From positions 15,624,001-15,688,000 of the forward strand of contig NC_043025.1 in assembly GCF_006345805.1 (NCBI RefSeq): a stretch of 64,000 bases of DNA, given 5' to 3'. Positions 38,335-50,239 of the stretch are shown piece by piece. Source of the DNA: Octopus sinensis. Lineage: Eukaryota. The first letter of the stretch is position 1. Each line of letters starts with the position of its first letter. Position numbers and translations under genes: made by a program. Under the pieces are notes generated by a model. That model ran no database searches and was not told the DNA's origin. It saw only the letters and a program-made list of their open reading frames with translations.

Positions 38335-38748
38335 GGCGCAGGAGTGGCTGTGTGGTAAGTAGCTTGTTTACCAACCACATGGTTCCGGGTTCAGTCCCAC
38401 TGCGTGGCACCTTGGGCAAGTGTCTTCTGCTATAGCCCCAGGCCGACCAATGCCTTGTGAGTGGATTTAGCAGACGGAAACTGAAAGAAGCCTGTCATAT
38501 ATATGTATATATATATATGTGTGTGTATGTGTTTGTGTGTCTGTGTTTGTCCCCCTAGCATTGCTTGACAACTGATGCTGGTGTGTTTATGTCCCCGTTA
38601 CTTAGTGGTTCGGCAAAAGAGACCGATAGAATAAGTACTAGGCTTACAAGGAATAAGTCCTGGGGTCGATTTGGTCGACTAAAGGCGGTGCTCCAGCATG
38701 GCCGCAGTCAAATGACTGAAACAAGTAAAAGAGTAAAAAGAGTAAAGA

Positions 38749-38749
<1 letters not shown>
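38335..38749 (+). mobile_element. SINE family A, full length
   Basis: Same head, body and tail as the 18751 copy. Confidence 0.9.
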
Positions 38750-38787
<38 letters not shown>

Positions 38788-38825
38788 TACATATATATAT
38801 ATACATATATATATACACACATGCA

Positions 38826-39950
38826 TTTTTGGTCATCCCATAAATATGTTTTTTTTAATACTTTTTTTTTATTTTCAAAATTAAGATAAACAAAGTTCTT
38901 TTTTAATCTAAAATACATTCTCCTTCATTTTCTACAATGCTCTTCGACCTATCTGGTAGACTTCCAGGGCCTTCTCTTCCAAAATTCACTTGTCCATGAT
39001 GTCAACTTTTCCTCCCGTACTATTCTGACCTCATCTACAGAATTCATATTTTTTTTTCCATCCAATTGATTTTGAAGTCTGCAGAATAAATGATAATCAG
39101 ATGGGGCAATGTCTGGCGAATATGGTAGGTGAGGCATTGTTTGCCATTCAAACTGTTCCAGCCTTTGGAATGTCATCCTTGCTGATGGAAGAACGTTTTT
39201 GTCTTGAAACCAAAGATGGTCGTTTTTCTTCTAGTGCTGATTTAAGTCGCTAAAGCCATTTGCAATAGATCTCTTTTGTTATTGTTTAGGTTGGCTTTAA
39301 AAATTCAAAGTGGGTTAAACCTTTCGTATCCCACCAAACAAATAACATCTTACGTGGGTAAAGGCCTTCTTTAGCCTAGGGTGCCAGTGTTTCTTCTTTC
39401 CCTACCCATGGTCTTTGGCACTTGACATTTTTATAGAGAACCCATTTCTCGTCAGCAGTCACTATTCAGTCCAAAAAAGGTTCCTTTGTGAGTCGTGACA
39501 GCAAAGAAGAGCACACATTCACTCTCTGCACACGATTACACTTGGAAAGTTTGTGAGGAACCCATTGACCTAATTTGTTGACTTTTCCGATGGCATGCAG
39601 GTGTTGATGAATGGTTGAATGACCAAATCCAAGCTTCTCTGCTAGTTCCTCAACAGTTATAATGGGATTTTGCTCCACCAGGGTTTGCAGGATGTCGTCA
39701 TCAAGGGCTACAGATCTTGCAGGACAAGGCTTGTTTTCTAGGCTGTAGTTTCCAGCTCAGAATTTCTGCAACCACCATTGACACTGGCTTTACACTTATT
39801 GTCCAGTCCCCATACACTGCATTAATATTCCTCGCTCTTTCCATTGTGTTGTTGCCTTTATAAGCAAAATATGCCGAATAGGCTCCTTTGTCACTTCCAT
39901 TATAAATTTGAAAAAGATAACTGTTAATATCGAACTGCACTCTTGAAAAT
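38826..39950 (-). mobile_element. Decayed mariner (DD34D) transposon; transposase pseudogene 38903-39900
   Basis: MEVTKEPIRH..., GQWVPHKL, IVTADEKW, WWD, YSPDIAPSDYHLF, end IVENEGECILD*. Stops and frameshifts; the DNARPH segment with the second Asp appears deleted. TIR-like TTGGTCATCCCATAAATA at the left end; right TIR not found. Confidence 0.92.
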
Positions 39951-41193
39951 ATGCATGGCTTAGTGGTAAGGGGTACTCGACCCACGATTGTAAGGTCACG
40001 AGTTTGATTCTCAACATCGAGTTGTGTCCTTGAGCAAGACACTTTATTTCCTGTTGCACCAAGACCATTCAGCTGGTAAAAATGAGTAGTATCTGTATTT
40101 CAAAAGGGGTCAGCCTAATCACACTCTGTGTCATGCTGGATCTCCCTGAGAACTATGTTAAGGGTACGCGTGTCTGTGGAGTATTCAGCCACTTGCACAT
40201 GAATTTCTCAAGCAGGCTGTTCTGTTGATAAAATCAACAGGAGTGTTTATCATTGTAATCGATGGAGTGTCGGTCGTTGTCCCTTAAAACATGATTTATG
40301 AAGTAAAAAGCCTGGAATATCACAAAATTGTTTGGAGCATTGAAAGACAGCTCTAATACGACTACCAGGAATCTTTAGTGCCTTTGGTAGAGTTCAGTCT
40401 GTTGCAAGAATTTGGGGCAAGTCCTTGGTTTGATGAATCTATCCTCTGTCTTTCTCTTACTAGTTTTGGAGGCCCTGTGAAGGGCCACAGGCACTGTTGT
40501 CACCACTGACTACAAGATATGCTTTAAAATGTGTCATCCTAAATAAGTTTTAGAATACAGGCACATGGCTCAGTGGTTAGAGCACCAGGCTCACAACCAT
40601 GAGGTAGTGAGTTCAATTCCTGGACTGGTCTCTGTGTTGTGTTCTTGAGCAGGACCCTTTATTTCACATTGCTCCAGTTCACTCAGCTGTAGAAATGAGA
40701 TTCCATGTCACTGATGTGAAGCTGTATCGACCCCTTTGCCTCTCCCTTGGATAATATCAGTGGCATGGAGAGAGGAGATTGATATGCATGGGCAACTGCT
40801 GGTCTTCCATAAGCAACCTTGTCTGGACTTGTGCTTTGGAGGGGAACTTTCTAGGTGCAACCCCATGGGCATTTGTGAGTGAAAGGTGTCTTTACCCTTT
40901 ACAGAAACAGGGACTTTACAAAATACCTTTCAGCTTTAAAAGACAGGTTTACAGCCAAAATGTTAGCCAAAATACTTTTTAAGGTATGGAGATCTTAAAA
41001 ATATCCCTAAATCTTAAATGAGGGGTTTACAATTCAATTACTATATCCTGAAATCTTTTTAGAAGACAAAAACCAGGCATCTTACGAAATAACCCTAAAT
41101 TTTTAAATGACATGATTACAACCAAAATGTTGTTACCCTAAAATTTCTTCAGGGACAAAATAGGGACCTTATAAAATAGCCCTATATCTTAAA

Positions 41194-41553
41194 CTAGCAC
41201 TATGACCCGGCATTGCTAGTGCTAGTGCATGCATATACAGCTGCGTGCGTGCGCACATACACGCGAGTACTGTCCAAATCTCCAACCAATCACATACAGC
41301 TAGCTGGCATTCAATTGGCATATCAAGTTCTGGGCATTTTGATTGGGTTTTGGATAGAAAATTCACAAAAAGTCACTTCTGTTGATTTTTTAATGGCTTG
41401 TGGGGTGACTGGGAAAATTTAAAATGTGCACGACCACCCTTGGAGGTTTTTGAATGACCACAGAAAGTGCGAGCCCTCTAACTGAAAAAATTGTGGATTT
41501 GGTATAAAGGACACACACACACACACACATTTTGCCGTTTATATATATAGAGA
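41194..41553 (-). mobile_element. Non-autonomous Helitron, family H1 (second copy)
   Basis: Reverse complement of 22210-22573; TC...CTAG|T termini. Confidence 0.87.
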
Positions 41554-41864
41554 TGATGAGTTTACAACTAAAGTGTTGCCACGTTAATTATATTTTAGGG
41601 AATAAGAGTTCACAAGACACCTCAAAATTTTTAAAAGATGGGTTTACAATCAAATTGTTGTTACCCTAAAGAGAAAGAGGGACCAGGTGAAAAGAGCTAA
41701 TGAACAAACTAATTAACTACCCTAGGAAAGGAAAATATTGGAGAGGGACAAATTTTAAAGGTGAAGAGGAGAAATCCAAGGAAGAACTTTTGAAGTCAGT
41801 CTGGGGTGGGGAAGAGATATATATAGGGTATATATATATATTGTTGTCATCATCATAGTCACTC

Positions 41865-42110
41865 TAAGAAAGGGTACATCAGATAATGTAGTCCTAAATA
41901 CACTATGCCAGAATGAAAGGCAGGATGGTCACAGCCGGAACATCTTTGATCATTGGTCTGCTGAGTCAGGACTGACCTAGGGCTACACAACAACAATGAA
42001 GAGCACATTAGATAATGTAGTCTGAGATACACAATGTCTGAATAAAAGACAGGATGGTCACAGCTGGAACCTCTTTGATCATTGGTCTGCGGGATCAGGA
42101 CCCTTGACCC
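41865..42110. repeat. Two tandem copies of the ~132-bp unit also arrayed at 7280-7830
   Basis: AGATAATGTAGTC...GACAGGATGGTCACAGC(C/T)GGAAC..CTTTGATCAT appears twice. Confidence 0.85.
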
Positions 42111-42529
42111 CATGTAAAACTGTATCTCCTCACAAGGGGCTCTCTAGCACCTCCCACCCACCCAACCAACCAACCAACCTTCACCTTCCAAAGTGGTAGG
42201 AGGAAGCTGGAACTCACACCCATCCCACTTCCATCCCCCCCACCCACCAGTCATTAGATGTCACCATTCCTCCATCTTCCACCGTTGCTGTTTTAGGTCA
42301 GGTGTCAGCAGTCTCTACCAGTGTGGGAAGACTCGTAAAAGCTACGGGTTGTGACTCTCTTTCCGGGGAGAACAAGAAATTCTATATACACGGGCCTGTG
42401 AGTGTGTGGGGGTTTGTATGTATCCATGCATCTCTCTCTCTCTCTCTCTCTATATATTATATATATATATAACACACACATATATATGTATATATTCAGT
42501 ACACAGTGGCCTTACAAAAGGTTATGAGG

Positions 42530-43080
42530 TCATTTATACATACATACATACATACACACATACATACATACATACATACATACACACATACATACATACA
42601 TACATACATACATACACACATACATACATAAATACATACATACATAAATACATACATACATACATAAATACATACATACATACATACATAAATACATACA
42701 TACATACATACATACATACAATACATACATACATAAATACATACATACATACATACATAAATACATACATACATACATACATAAATACATACATACATAC
42801 ATACATACATACATACATACATACATACATAAATACATACATACATACATACATAAATACATACATACACACACATGCACGCACACACAAATACCTACAT
42901 ACACACATATACATATGTGTACATCGGTATGTATGTTTGTGTGTATGTATGTATATATGTATGTGTGTATGTGTTGTATGTACCTATGTATGTATGCAAG
43001 TGTGTGTGCATGCATGTATGTATGTACGTACATATGTATGTATGAGAATGCCTACACACACACACACACACACACACACA
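42530..43080. repeat. (CATA)n microsatellite switching to (TATG)n and (CA)n
   Basis: Direct reading. Confidence 0.95.
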
Positions 43081-43159
43081 TGGAGAGGAGTGGTGTCAAT
43101 CTGTAGGAGGTGTGACAGGGGACACTAAAATGTCAACAGGATATATCTTAGTGTCACAG

Positions 43160-45020
43160 TGGTGAAGTGGTGGTGGTGGTGATGGTAACGGTGGTAGTGG
43201 TGATGGTGATGATGGTGGTGATGGTGGTGATGGTGGTGATGGTGGTGGTGGTGATGGTGGTGATGGTGGGTGGTGGTGGTGGTGGTGGTGGTGGTGGTGG
43301 TGGTGGTGATGGTGGTGATGGTGGTGGTGGTGATGGTGGTGAGTGGGTGGTGGGTGGTGGTGGTGGTGGATGGTGTGGTGGTGGTGGTGGTGGTGTGGTG
43401 GTGGTGGTGGTGGTGTGTGATGGTGGTGATGGTGGTGGTGGTGATGGTGGTGGTGATGGTGGTGGTGGTGGTGGGTGGTGGTGGTGGTGGTGGTGATGGT
43501 GGTGGTGATGGTGGTGGTGGTGATGGTGGTGGATGGTGGTGGTGGTGGTGATGGTGGTGATGGTGGTGGTGGTGGTGGTGGTGGTGGTGGTGGTGGTGGT
43601 GGTGGTGGGGTGGTGGTGGTGGTGGTGGTGGTGGTGGTGGTGATGGTGGTGGTGGTGATGGTGTTGGTGGTTGGTGATGTTGGTGGTGATGGTGTGATGT
43701 GGTGGTGGATGTGGTGATGGTGGTGATGGTGGTGGTGGTTGGTGGTGGTGGTGGTGGTGTGGTGGTGGGTGGTGGGGTGGTGGTGGGTGGTGGTGGTGAT
43801 GGTGGTGGTGATGGTGGGGGGGATGGTGGTGATGGGGGGGTGGGGGTGAGGGTGGTGGTGAGGTGGTGTGGTGGTGGTGGTGGTGGGGGGGGGGGTGGGA
43901 TGGGAGGGAGGGGGGGGGGTGGATGGTGGTGATGGGGGTGATGGTGGTGATGGGGTGGTGATGGTGGTGAGGGGGGTGAGGTGGTGATGGGGGGGTGGGG
44001 TGGTGGGGGTGAGTGGTGGTGGTGGTGGATGGTGATGGGGGTGATGGTGGGGATGGTGGTGAGGTGGTGGTGGTGATGGGGGTGATGGGGGGGATGGTGG
44101 TGATGGTGGTGATGGTGGTGGTGGTGATGGATGGTGGTGAGGGTGGTGATGGTGATGTGTGATGGTGGTGAGGGTGGTGATGGTGGTGGTGAGGGTGGTG
44201 GTGGTGATGGTGGGGATGGTGGTGGTGAGGGGGGGGATGGTGGGGGGGAGGGTGGTGGTGGTGGAGGGTGGAGGGGGGTGATGGGGGTGGGGGGGAGTGG
44301 TGATGGTGGTGAGGGGGGGGGGTGGTGGGGGTGGGAGATGGTGGTGATGGTGGTGATGGTGGTGATGGTGGTGGTGATGGTGGGGGTGATGGTGAGGGTG
44401 GTGATGGGGGGAGGTGGGTGATGGGGTGGTGGTGTTGATGGTGGTGGGGATGGTGGTGATGGTGGTGATGGTGGTGGTGGTGATGTGGTGATGGTGGTGG
44501 GGGATGGTGGTGATGGTGGTGGTGGTGATGGGGGTGATGGTGGTGTTGGGATGGTGGTGATGGTGTGGTGAGTGGGGTGGTGGTGATGGTGATGATGGTG
44601 GGGATGGTGGTGGGGGGGGGGGTGATGGTGGTGGGGGTGATGGTGGTGGTGGTGGGATGGGGTGGTGGTGGTGGGGATGGTGGTGATGGTTGGTGGTGAT
44701 GGTGGTGAGGTGGTGGGGGATGGTGGTGATGGTGGTGTGGTGATGGTGATGGTGGTGATGGTGGTGATGGGGGTGATGGTGGTGGGTGGTGGGGGGGGTG
44801 GTGATGGTGATGGTGGGGATGGTGGTGATGGGGGATGGGGGGTGGTGGTGATGGTGGTGTTGGTGTGGTGGTGATGGTGATGGTGGTGATGGTGGTGATG
44901 GTGGTGGGAGGTGATTGGTGATGGTGGTGATGGTGGTGGAAGTTGGGCGATGGTGATGGTAGTGCTGATGGTACAGGTGGTGGTGGTGGTGGTGGTGGTC
45001 ATTAGGATGGTGGTTCTGGT
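43160..45020. repeat. ~1.9-kb degenerate (GGT)n/(GAT) trinucleotide tract
   Basis: Almost only G and T with GAT interruptions; frame-shifting indels throughout. Confidence 0.95.
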
Positions 45021-45310
45021 GATGCTGCCAATAATCAAGACAATATTATTGTTATTGTTGCTGTTGTTTAGCTCCAGGTAGATCTTGATCCAGCAGACCT
45101 ATGATCAAAGCTGTTCCACTTGTGACCATCCTGTCTTTTATTCTGACATAGTGTATCTAGGACTACATTATCTAATGTGTCTTGCCTCATCGTTTAGATA
45201 TGTATATATCTTTTATCTTTTATTTCTTAGTTGTTCCAGACTGTGGCCATGCTGGAGCAGTCTTGAGAATTTTTTACTCAAATGAACCCCGCCTCCTACT
45301 ATCTTTCTTA

Positions 45311-45905
45311 TTTCTTTACTGCCCACAAGGGGCTACACACAGAGGGGACAAACAAGGATAGAAAAATGGATTGAGTCGATTATATCGACCCCAGTGCATA
45401 ACTGGTACTTATTTAATCGACCCTGAAAGGATGAAAGGCAAAGTTAACGTCGGCGGAATTTGAACTCAGAACGTAGTGGCAGATGAAATACCTATTTCTT
45501 TACTACCCACAAGGAGCTAAACACAGAGGGGACAAACAAGGACAAACAAGCGGATTAAGTTGATTATATCGACCCCAGTGCGTAACTGGTACTTATTTAA
45601 TCGACCCCGAAAGGATGAAAGGCAAAGTCGACCTCGGCGGAATTTGAACTAAGAATGTAGCAGCAGACGAAATACCTATTTGTTTACTACCCACAAGGGG
45701 CTGAACATAGAGAGGACAAACAAGGACAGACAAAAGGATTAAGTTGATTATATCAACCCCAGTGCATAACTGGTACTTATTTAATCGACCCCGAAAGGAT
45801 GAAAGACAAAGTCGACCTCGGCGGAATTTGAACTCAGAACGTAAAAACAGATGAAATACCGCTAAGCATTTCGCCCAGCATGCTAACGATTCTGCCAGCT
45901 CACCC
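45311..45905 (-). mobile_element. SINE family B with tandem triplication of a 184-bp 3' segment
   Basis: TTT(C/G)TTTACT at 45311, 45495 and 45679; head sequence present only after the third unit. Confidence 0.88.
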
Positions 45906-46109
45906 ACCTGCATCCTATCTTTCTCTTTCAAGCCTGGTCCTTATTCTATCGGTTTCTATTGCCAAAGGTCCCAAACGTATAGGGACCTAAACACACCAAG
46001 TCTATGTCACTGTTTATGTGGAAGTTAGGTTTGATTGTTGGTGTTTTTTGGGGGTTTCACATGAATGCCTTGGATCTCATCAAGCATCCAATTAAGCATC
46101 CCAAGTGTT

Positions 46110-46416
46110 GTTTTGTATGAACCAAGGTACAAATATATGGGAAACTACCACCTGTGTCATCTCTTGTGAAAGGTAGAAGAGTCCAGTTTGCTGGACATTG
46201 TTGTAGAGCTGAAAATGAGGTAATTTCTACTCTTCTCCTCTGGAAGCCATCTACTCGCAATACCAGAGGGCACACACTCTCCTACCCTGATGTAATCTCC
46301 AGGGATACAGGCATCCAGCAACAGGACCTCCGTAATGCCATGATGGACCGTGAAGTCTGGCGTAGCATGGTAAATTCCATTGTCTCGACCACGGTCGAAC
46401 AATGATGATGATGATG
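46110..46416 (+). pseudogene. 5'-truncated RTE-like LINE 3' end with (TGA)n tail
   Basis: QIYGKLPPVSSLVKGRRVQFAGHCCRAENEVISTLLLWKPS...RDTG...MMDREVWR is an RTE-type C-terminal pattern; stop-free through 46405. Confidence 0.85.
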
Positions 46417-46444
46417 TATGTATGAGTGTGGATGTATTGACGTA

Positions 46445-46484
<40 letters not shown>

Positions 46485-46620
46485 ATATGCATGTATGTGT
46501 GCAAGTGTATACACACACACCACACACACACAATTCCTTAATAGATGAAATGGTCCCTTGTCATTCATTAATTTCTTATTTCACTCTGTTATTGATTTAC
46601 ACTTTTTACTGAAGCATTTG

Positions 46621-47563
46621 TACGAAGGTGAACTGAAAAGTTCAGAGGGTTTACTATGAAGGGGTGATGCTACAGGTGTGAAATCTTGCATGCATTAACT
46701 TCAGCCCTTCTTCTTAATAACTGCATCGTTTCCTTCCAAGTAAATTGACACCTGACTGTTCAAAGGAGACTTCAAACATAACAAGTAACAAATTCTCTTG
46801 AACGTGGACAAAATTTGGACCTGCAGGGAAAGGGTTTAGTCCCCACGGACACTCATGCTGACATGGTTGCTACATTAGGGGACGACACTCCAGCTTTATC
46901 AACAGTTCAAAAGTGAGCAGATGAATTTAGAAGGGGAAGAGAGTGTCATGATGAGGACCTAATGTCTAGACATCCCACAGTGGCCACCACCAAAGAAAAC
47001 ACTGGTTGTGTTCACCACATGTTGATGGAATCAAGGTGATTGACTATAAATCGAATAGCCAATGCTATTAGCAGCATATCATGTGAGGGAGTTGAGAATA
47101 TTCTGCACAATGAACTCAGCATGACAAAGGTTTCAGATCGGTGGGTGCCATGTCTTCTCACACCCGATTAAAAGCATCCCAGGATTTGACTGGTAACATT
47201 CCTAGCGCCTTGTTTCCCTGGGCATGGATTCACTGAAGCTCCGGCGTTTGGCGACGGACTTGGTAAACACCCACAAAGTTATCAACCACCTCACCAACAA
47301 CAACACTGAACACCTTTTTGACCTCCATGTGTCTAACACACGTGGACATGCCTACAAAGTCAGAAACAATACAGCTCCCATGACTTTCGGAACATTTTTT
47401 CACGCTCAGAGTTGCTGAAGCATGGAATAACTGCCTGCGTCAGTTGTTGACTGCCATGACACTGCATCTTTTAAGGCCCTCATGCTTTCCGAAATCCGCC
47501 GAAACTTCACCTGATTATATATACACTTTAGATGAGTTGTAGTGCACCTGAGCACTGTACACA

Positions 47564-47596
<33 letters not shown>

Positions 47597-48422
47597 CTTA
47601 TTTTATATATATCATCATTGTTTAACATCAAATTCTCCTGATTTGGTCCCATCTGACTATCATCTGCGGCCATGCTGGAGCACCGCCTTTAGTCGAGTAA
47701 ATCGACCCCAGGACTTATTCTATCAGTCTCTGACACTGACCGAGGCAGATCCAGCTGGTTTCCTTGAGTGTTTCCTAAGCCAGGATGAGTGTTGGGTTCA
47801 TCACTTTTGAGCCAGAGACAAAGGGACAATCCGTGCAGTCGGTGGAAACATTACCCCTCACCTGCTCCAAAGAAGGCCAAGGTCCTTTCATCTGCAGGGA
47901 AGGTCATGGCCTCAGTTGTTTGGGATGCAAAAGACATTGTGTTTATTGACCTCCTTCAAATGAGCCACACCATCAATGGAGAATAATATGCCAACTTTCT
48001 GAGGCATTTACGAAAGACCATCAAGACCAAATGCCCAAGTAAACTGACGAAAGGGGTTTTGTTTCATCAGGACAATGCTCCAGCACACAAGTTCTTGCTT
48101 TCAATGGCTGCTTATTGTGGTTTTAAAGGGGTTGATCAGCCTCCCTATTCTCCTGATTTGGCCCCATCTGGCTATCATCTTTAATGTTCCCCAACATTAA
48201 AAAAAAACACTCAGCTGGGAACCAGTGTCACAGTGAATATGATGTCGTGTCTGCTGTCGATGACATTTTTGTCCAGAAGGATGAAGGCTCCGCAGAACCA
48301 ATGGGGTCCACGCACTGCAGGACCAATGGAAGAAGTGTGTGCGCCAGTATGGGAACTGACTAGGGTGTAAAATAAACGATGTAAGCCTTGGTCAGCCTAA
48401 TGAATTTTTCAGCTGACCTCAC
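46621..48422 (+). mobile_element. Decayed mariner transposon interrupted by CR1 and SINE fragments
   Basis: TIR TACGAAGGTGAACTGAAAAGTTC at 46621 and degenerate GAATTTTTCAGCTGACCTC at ~48402. Translation includes RWVPCLL, SQDECWVHHF, AGKVMASVVWD, HQDNAPAH, YSPDLAPSGYHL. Confidence 0.9.
47198..47595 (+). pseudogene. CR1-clade LINE 3' fragment with (ATT)n tail
   Basis: LGMDSLKLRRLATDLVNTHK...NTRGHAYKV, then FF.LRVAEAWN.LP across a frameshift; matches the CR1 C-terminal pattern. Confidence 0.82.
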
Positions 48423-48984
48423 TTGCATAGCAAGGGGGTGCAGTAGGGGCAGCACTTTTAAATGGGCATCACTTTTGGGTCTGCTGTAGACAATGTGCGT
48501 TTTTTGTGGGGTCTGGGGAGGCAAATGGAAGGGCCACCCCGGGTGGCACACACTCTAGCTACGCTAGTGGCTGACCCTCATATATGGAGATCTAACAGCA
48601 ACTTATTAGTATCGTTATAACTATGTAAAATATTGGTTCCAAATTTTGGCACAAGGCCAGCAATGTTAGGCGAGGGAGTAAGTTGATTACATCGACCCCA
48701 GTGCGCAGCTGGTACTTTATTTTATTGAACCCCACTGAAAGGATGAAAGGCAAAGATGACCTTGGTGGGATTTGAACTCAGAATGTAAAGATGGATGGAA
48801 TGCTGTCTAGCATTCTGCTAGTTTGGCAAAATATTAAAACATATATGTGTGTGTGTGTGTGTGCATGGCGTATGTGCATGGTGTGTGTGTGTGTGTGCGT
48901 GGGGTGTGTGCATGGTGTGTGTTTGCGTGCATGGTGTGTGTGTGTGCGTGGGGTGTGTGTGTACAAGGGGTGTATGGGGTGTGT

Positions 48985-49217
48985 GGCGGTGAGCTGGCAG
49001 AATTGTTAGCACGCTGGACGAAATGCGTAGCCGTATCTCGTCTGCCGCTACGTTCTGAGTTCAAATTCCGCCGAGGTTGACTTTGCCTTTCATCCTTTCG
49101 GGGTCGATAAATAAAGTACCAGTTACGCACTGGGATTGATAAAATTGACTTAATTTGTTTGTCAGTCCTTGTTCGTCCCCTCTGTGTTTAGACCCTTGTG
49201 GGTAGTAAAGAAATAGG
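48985..49217 (+). mobile_element. SINE family B, full length
   Basis: GGCGGTGAGCTGGCAGAATTGTTAGC...GAGTTCAAATTCC...GACTTTGCCTTTCATCCTTTCGGGGTCGATAAA. Further minus copies at ~21830-22020, 23985-24205, 48640-48830. Confidence 0.87.
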
Positions 49218-49449
49218 TGAGTGTGTGTGTTACTGTCTCCTCACCTTGTCTTCTCATGATAGTCGTAAACGAGTGCCACTGTCATGCAAGCAGTGCCCTT
49301 CTTTCCCAATCCGTCTTCTGAGACAGGTTTGGTCAGGAGATAAATATTACCTTAATTAGAAACAGGAGGGGGTTGGTGACAGGGAGGGCATCCCATGGTT
49401 AGAAAAGTATGCCTCGTCAAATTCTGTAAAGACCCACACGAGCAAAGAA

Positions 49450-49670
49450 AGTGGACATTAAATGATGATGATGGTAGTGGTGGTAGTGGAGGTGATGATG
49501 ATAATGATAATGATGATGATGATAGTGATGATGAAGATGATGATGGTGATGACGATGATGATAGTGATGAAGATGATGATGATGGTGATGTTGATTATAG
49601 CAATGGAGGTGGTGATGTGGTGGCAGTGATGATGACAATGACGATGGTGATGATGATGATGATGATATCA
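49450..49670. repeat. (GAT)n-type microsatellite
   Basis: Direct reading; follows a degenerate family C element. Confidence 0.9.
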
Positions 49671-50239
49671 GTCACCAAGAATACTTTGGCACTATTAAAT
49701 TCACCATTTACAGCAGACTAACGGTGCTTTTTTTTTTTACATCATGTTTATTGATTTGTCCTGTGCTGGAATTTACTCTCTGGCATTATTTGGTCAGCAG
49801 AGATTACCATAAATGGTGCCATAGGTCTTTGAATAATAAATATTTGTCTGAAAAAAATGTATATATGAGTCAGATTTTCAGTGAGATGGTCGCAAATGGG
49901 TCGGTGGTTTGAATATTTTAGTACCATTTTCAAAACACTACTACGACAGACTTAACAGTTCTGCATCTACAACACCATCCAAACAACATCGATTCTCCAA
50001 ATACTATTGGAAGAATTTTGTTCTATATATTCCTGGGAGTTGATGAGCCAATGAAGACAGCCGTGTGTGGTTGCTTGATGTGTGAGAAATAGCTGCTAAA
50101 CCTCCCTCAAATCATATCCTACTCTCTTATGTAGGTGCAGTCATGGATACCAGTAAGGCATGGTTATTTGGTAAGAAGTTTGCTTCCCAACTACATTGTT
50201 CTGGATTCGGTCCCACTGTGTGGCACCTTGGGCAAGTCT

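Noticed and set aside
43125-45038. 637-aa Pro/His/Thr-rich ORF resembling an extensin or mucin
   Set aside because: It is a translation of the (GGT)n tract; the dominant residue changes with each indel, several frames on both strands are open, and it has no domain.
49395-49721. Asp-rich acidic ORF
   Set aside because: Translation of a (GAT)n tail.
49925-50010. Minus-strand peptide VFGESMLFG...RTVK resembling a cyclic-nucleotide-binding motif
   Set aside because: The resemblance is superficial, the frame is short, and other frames look equally protein-like.
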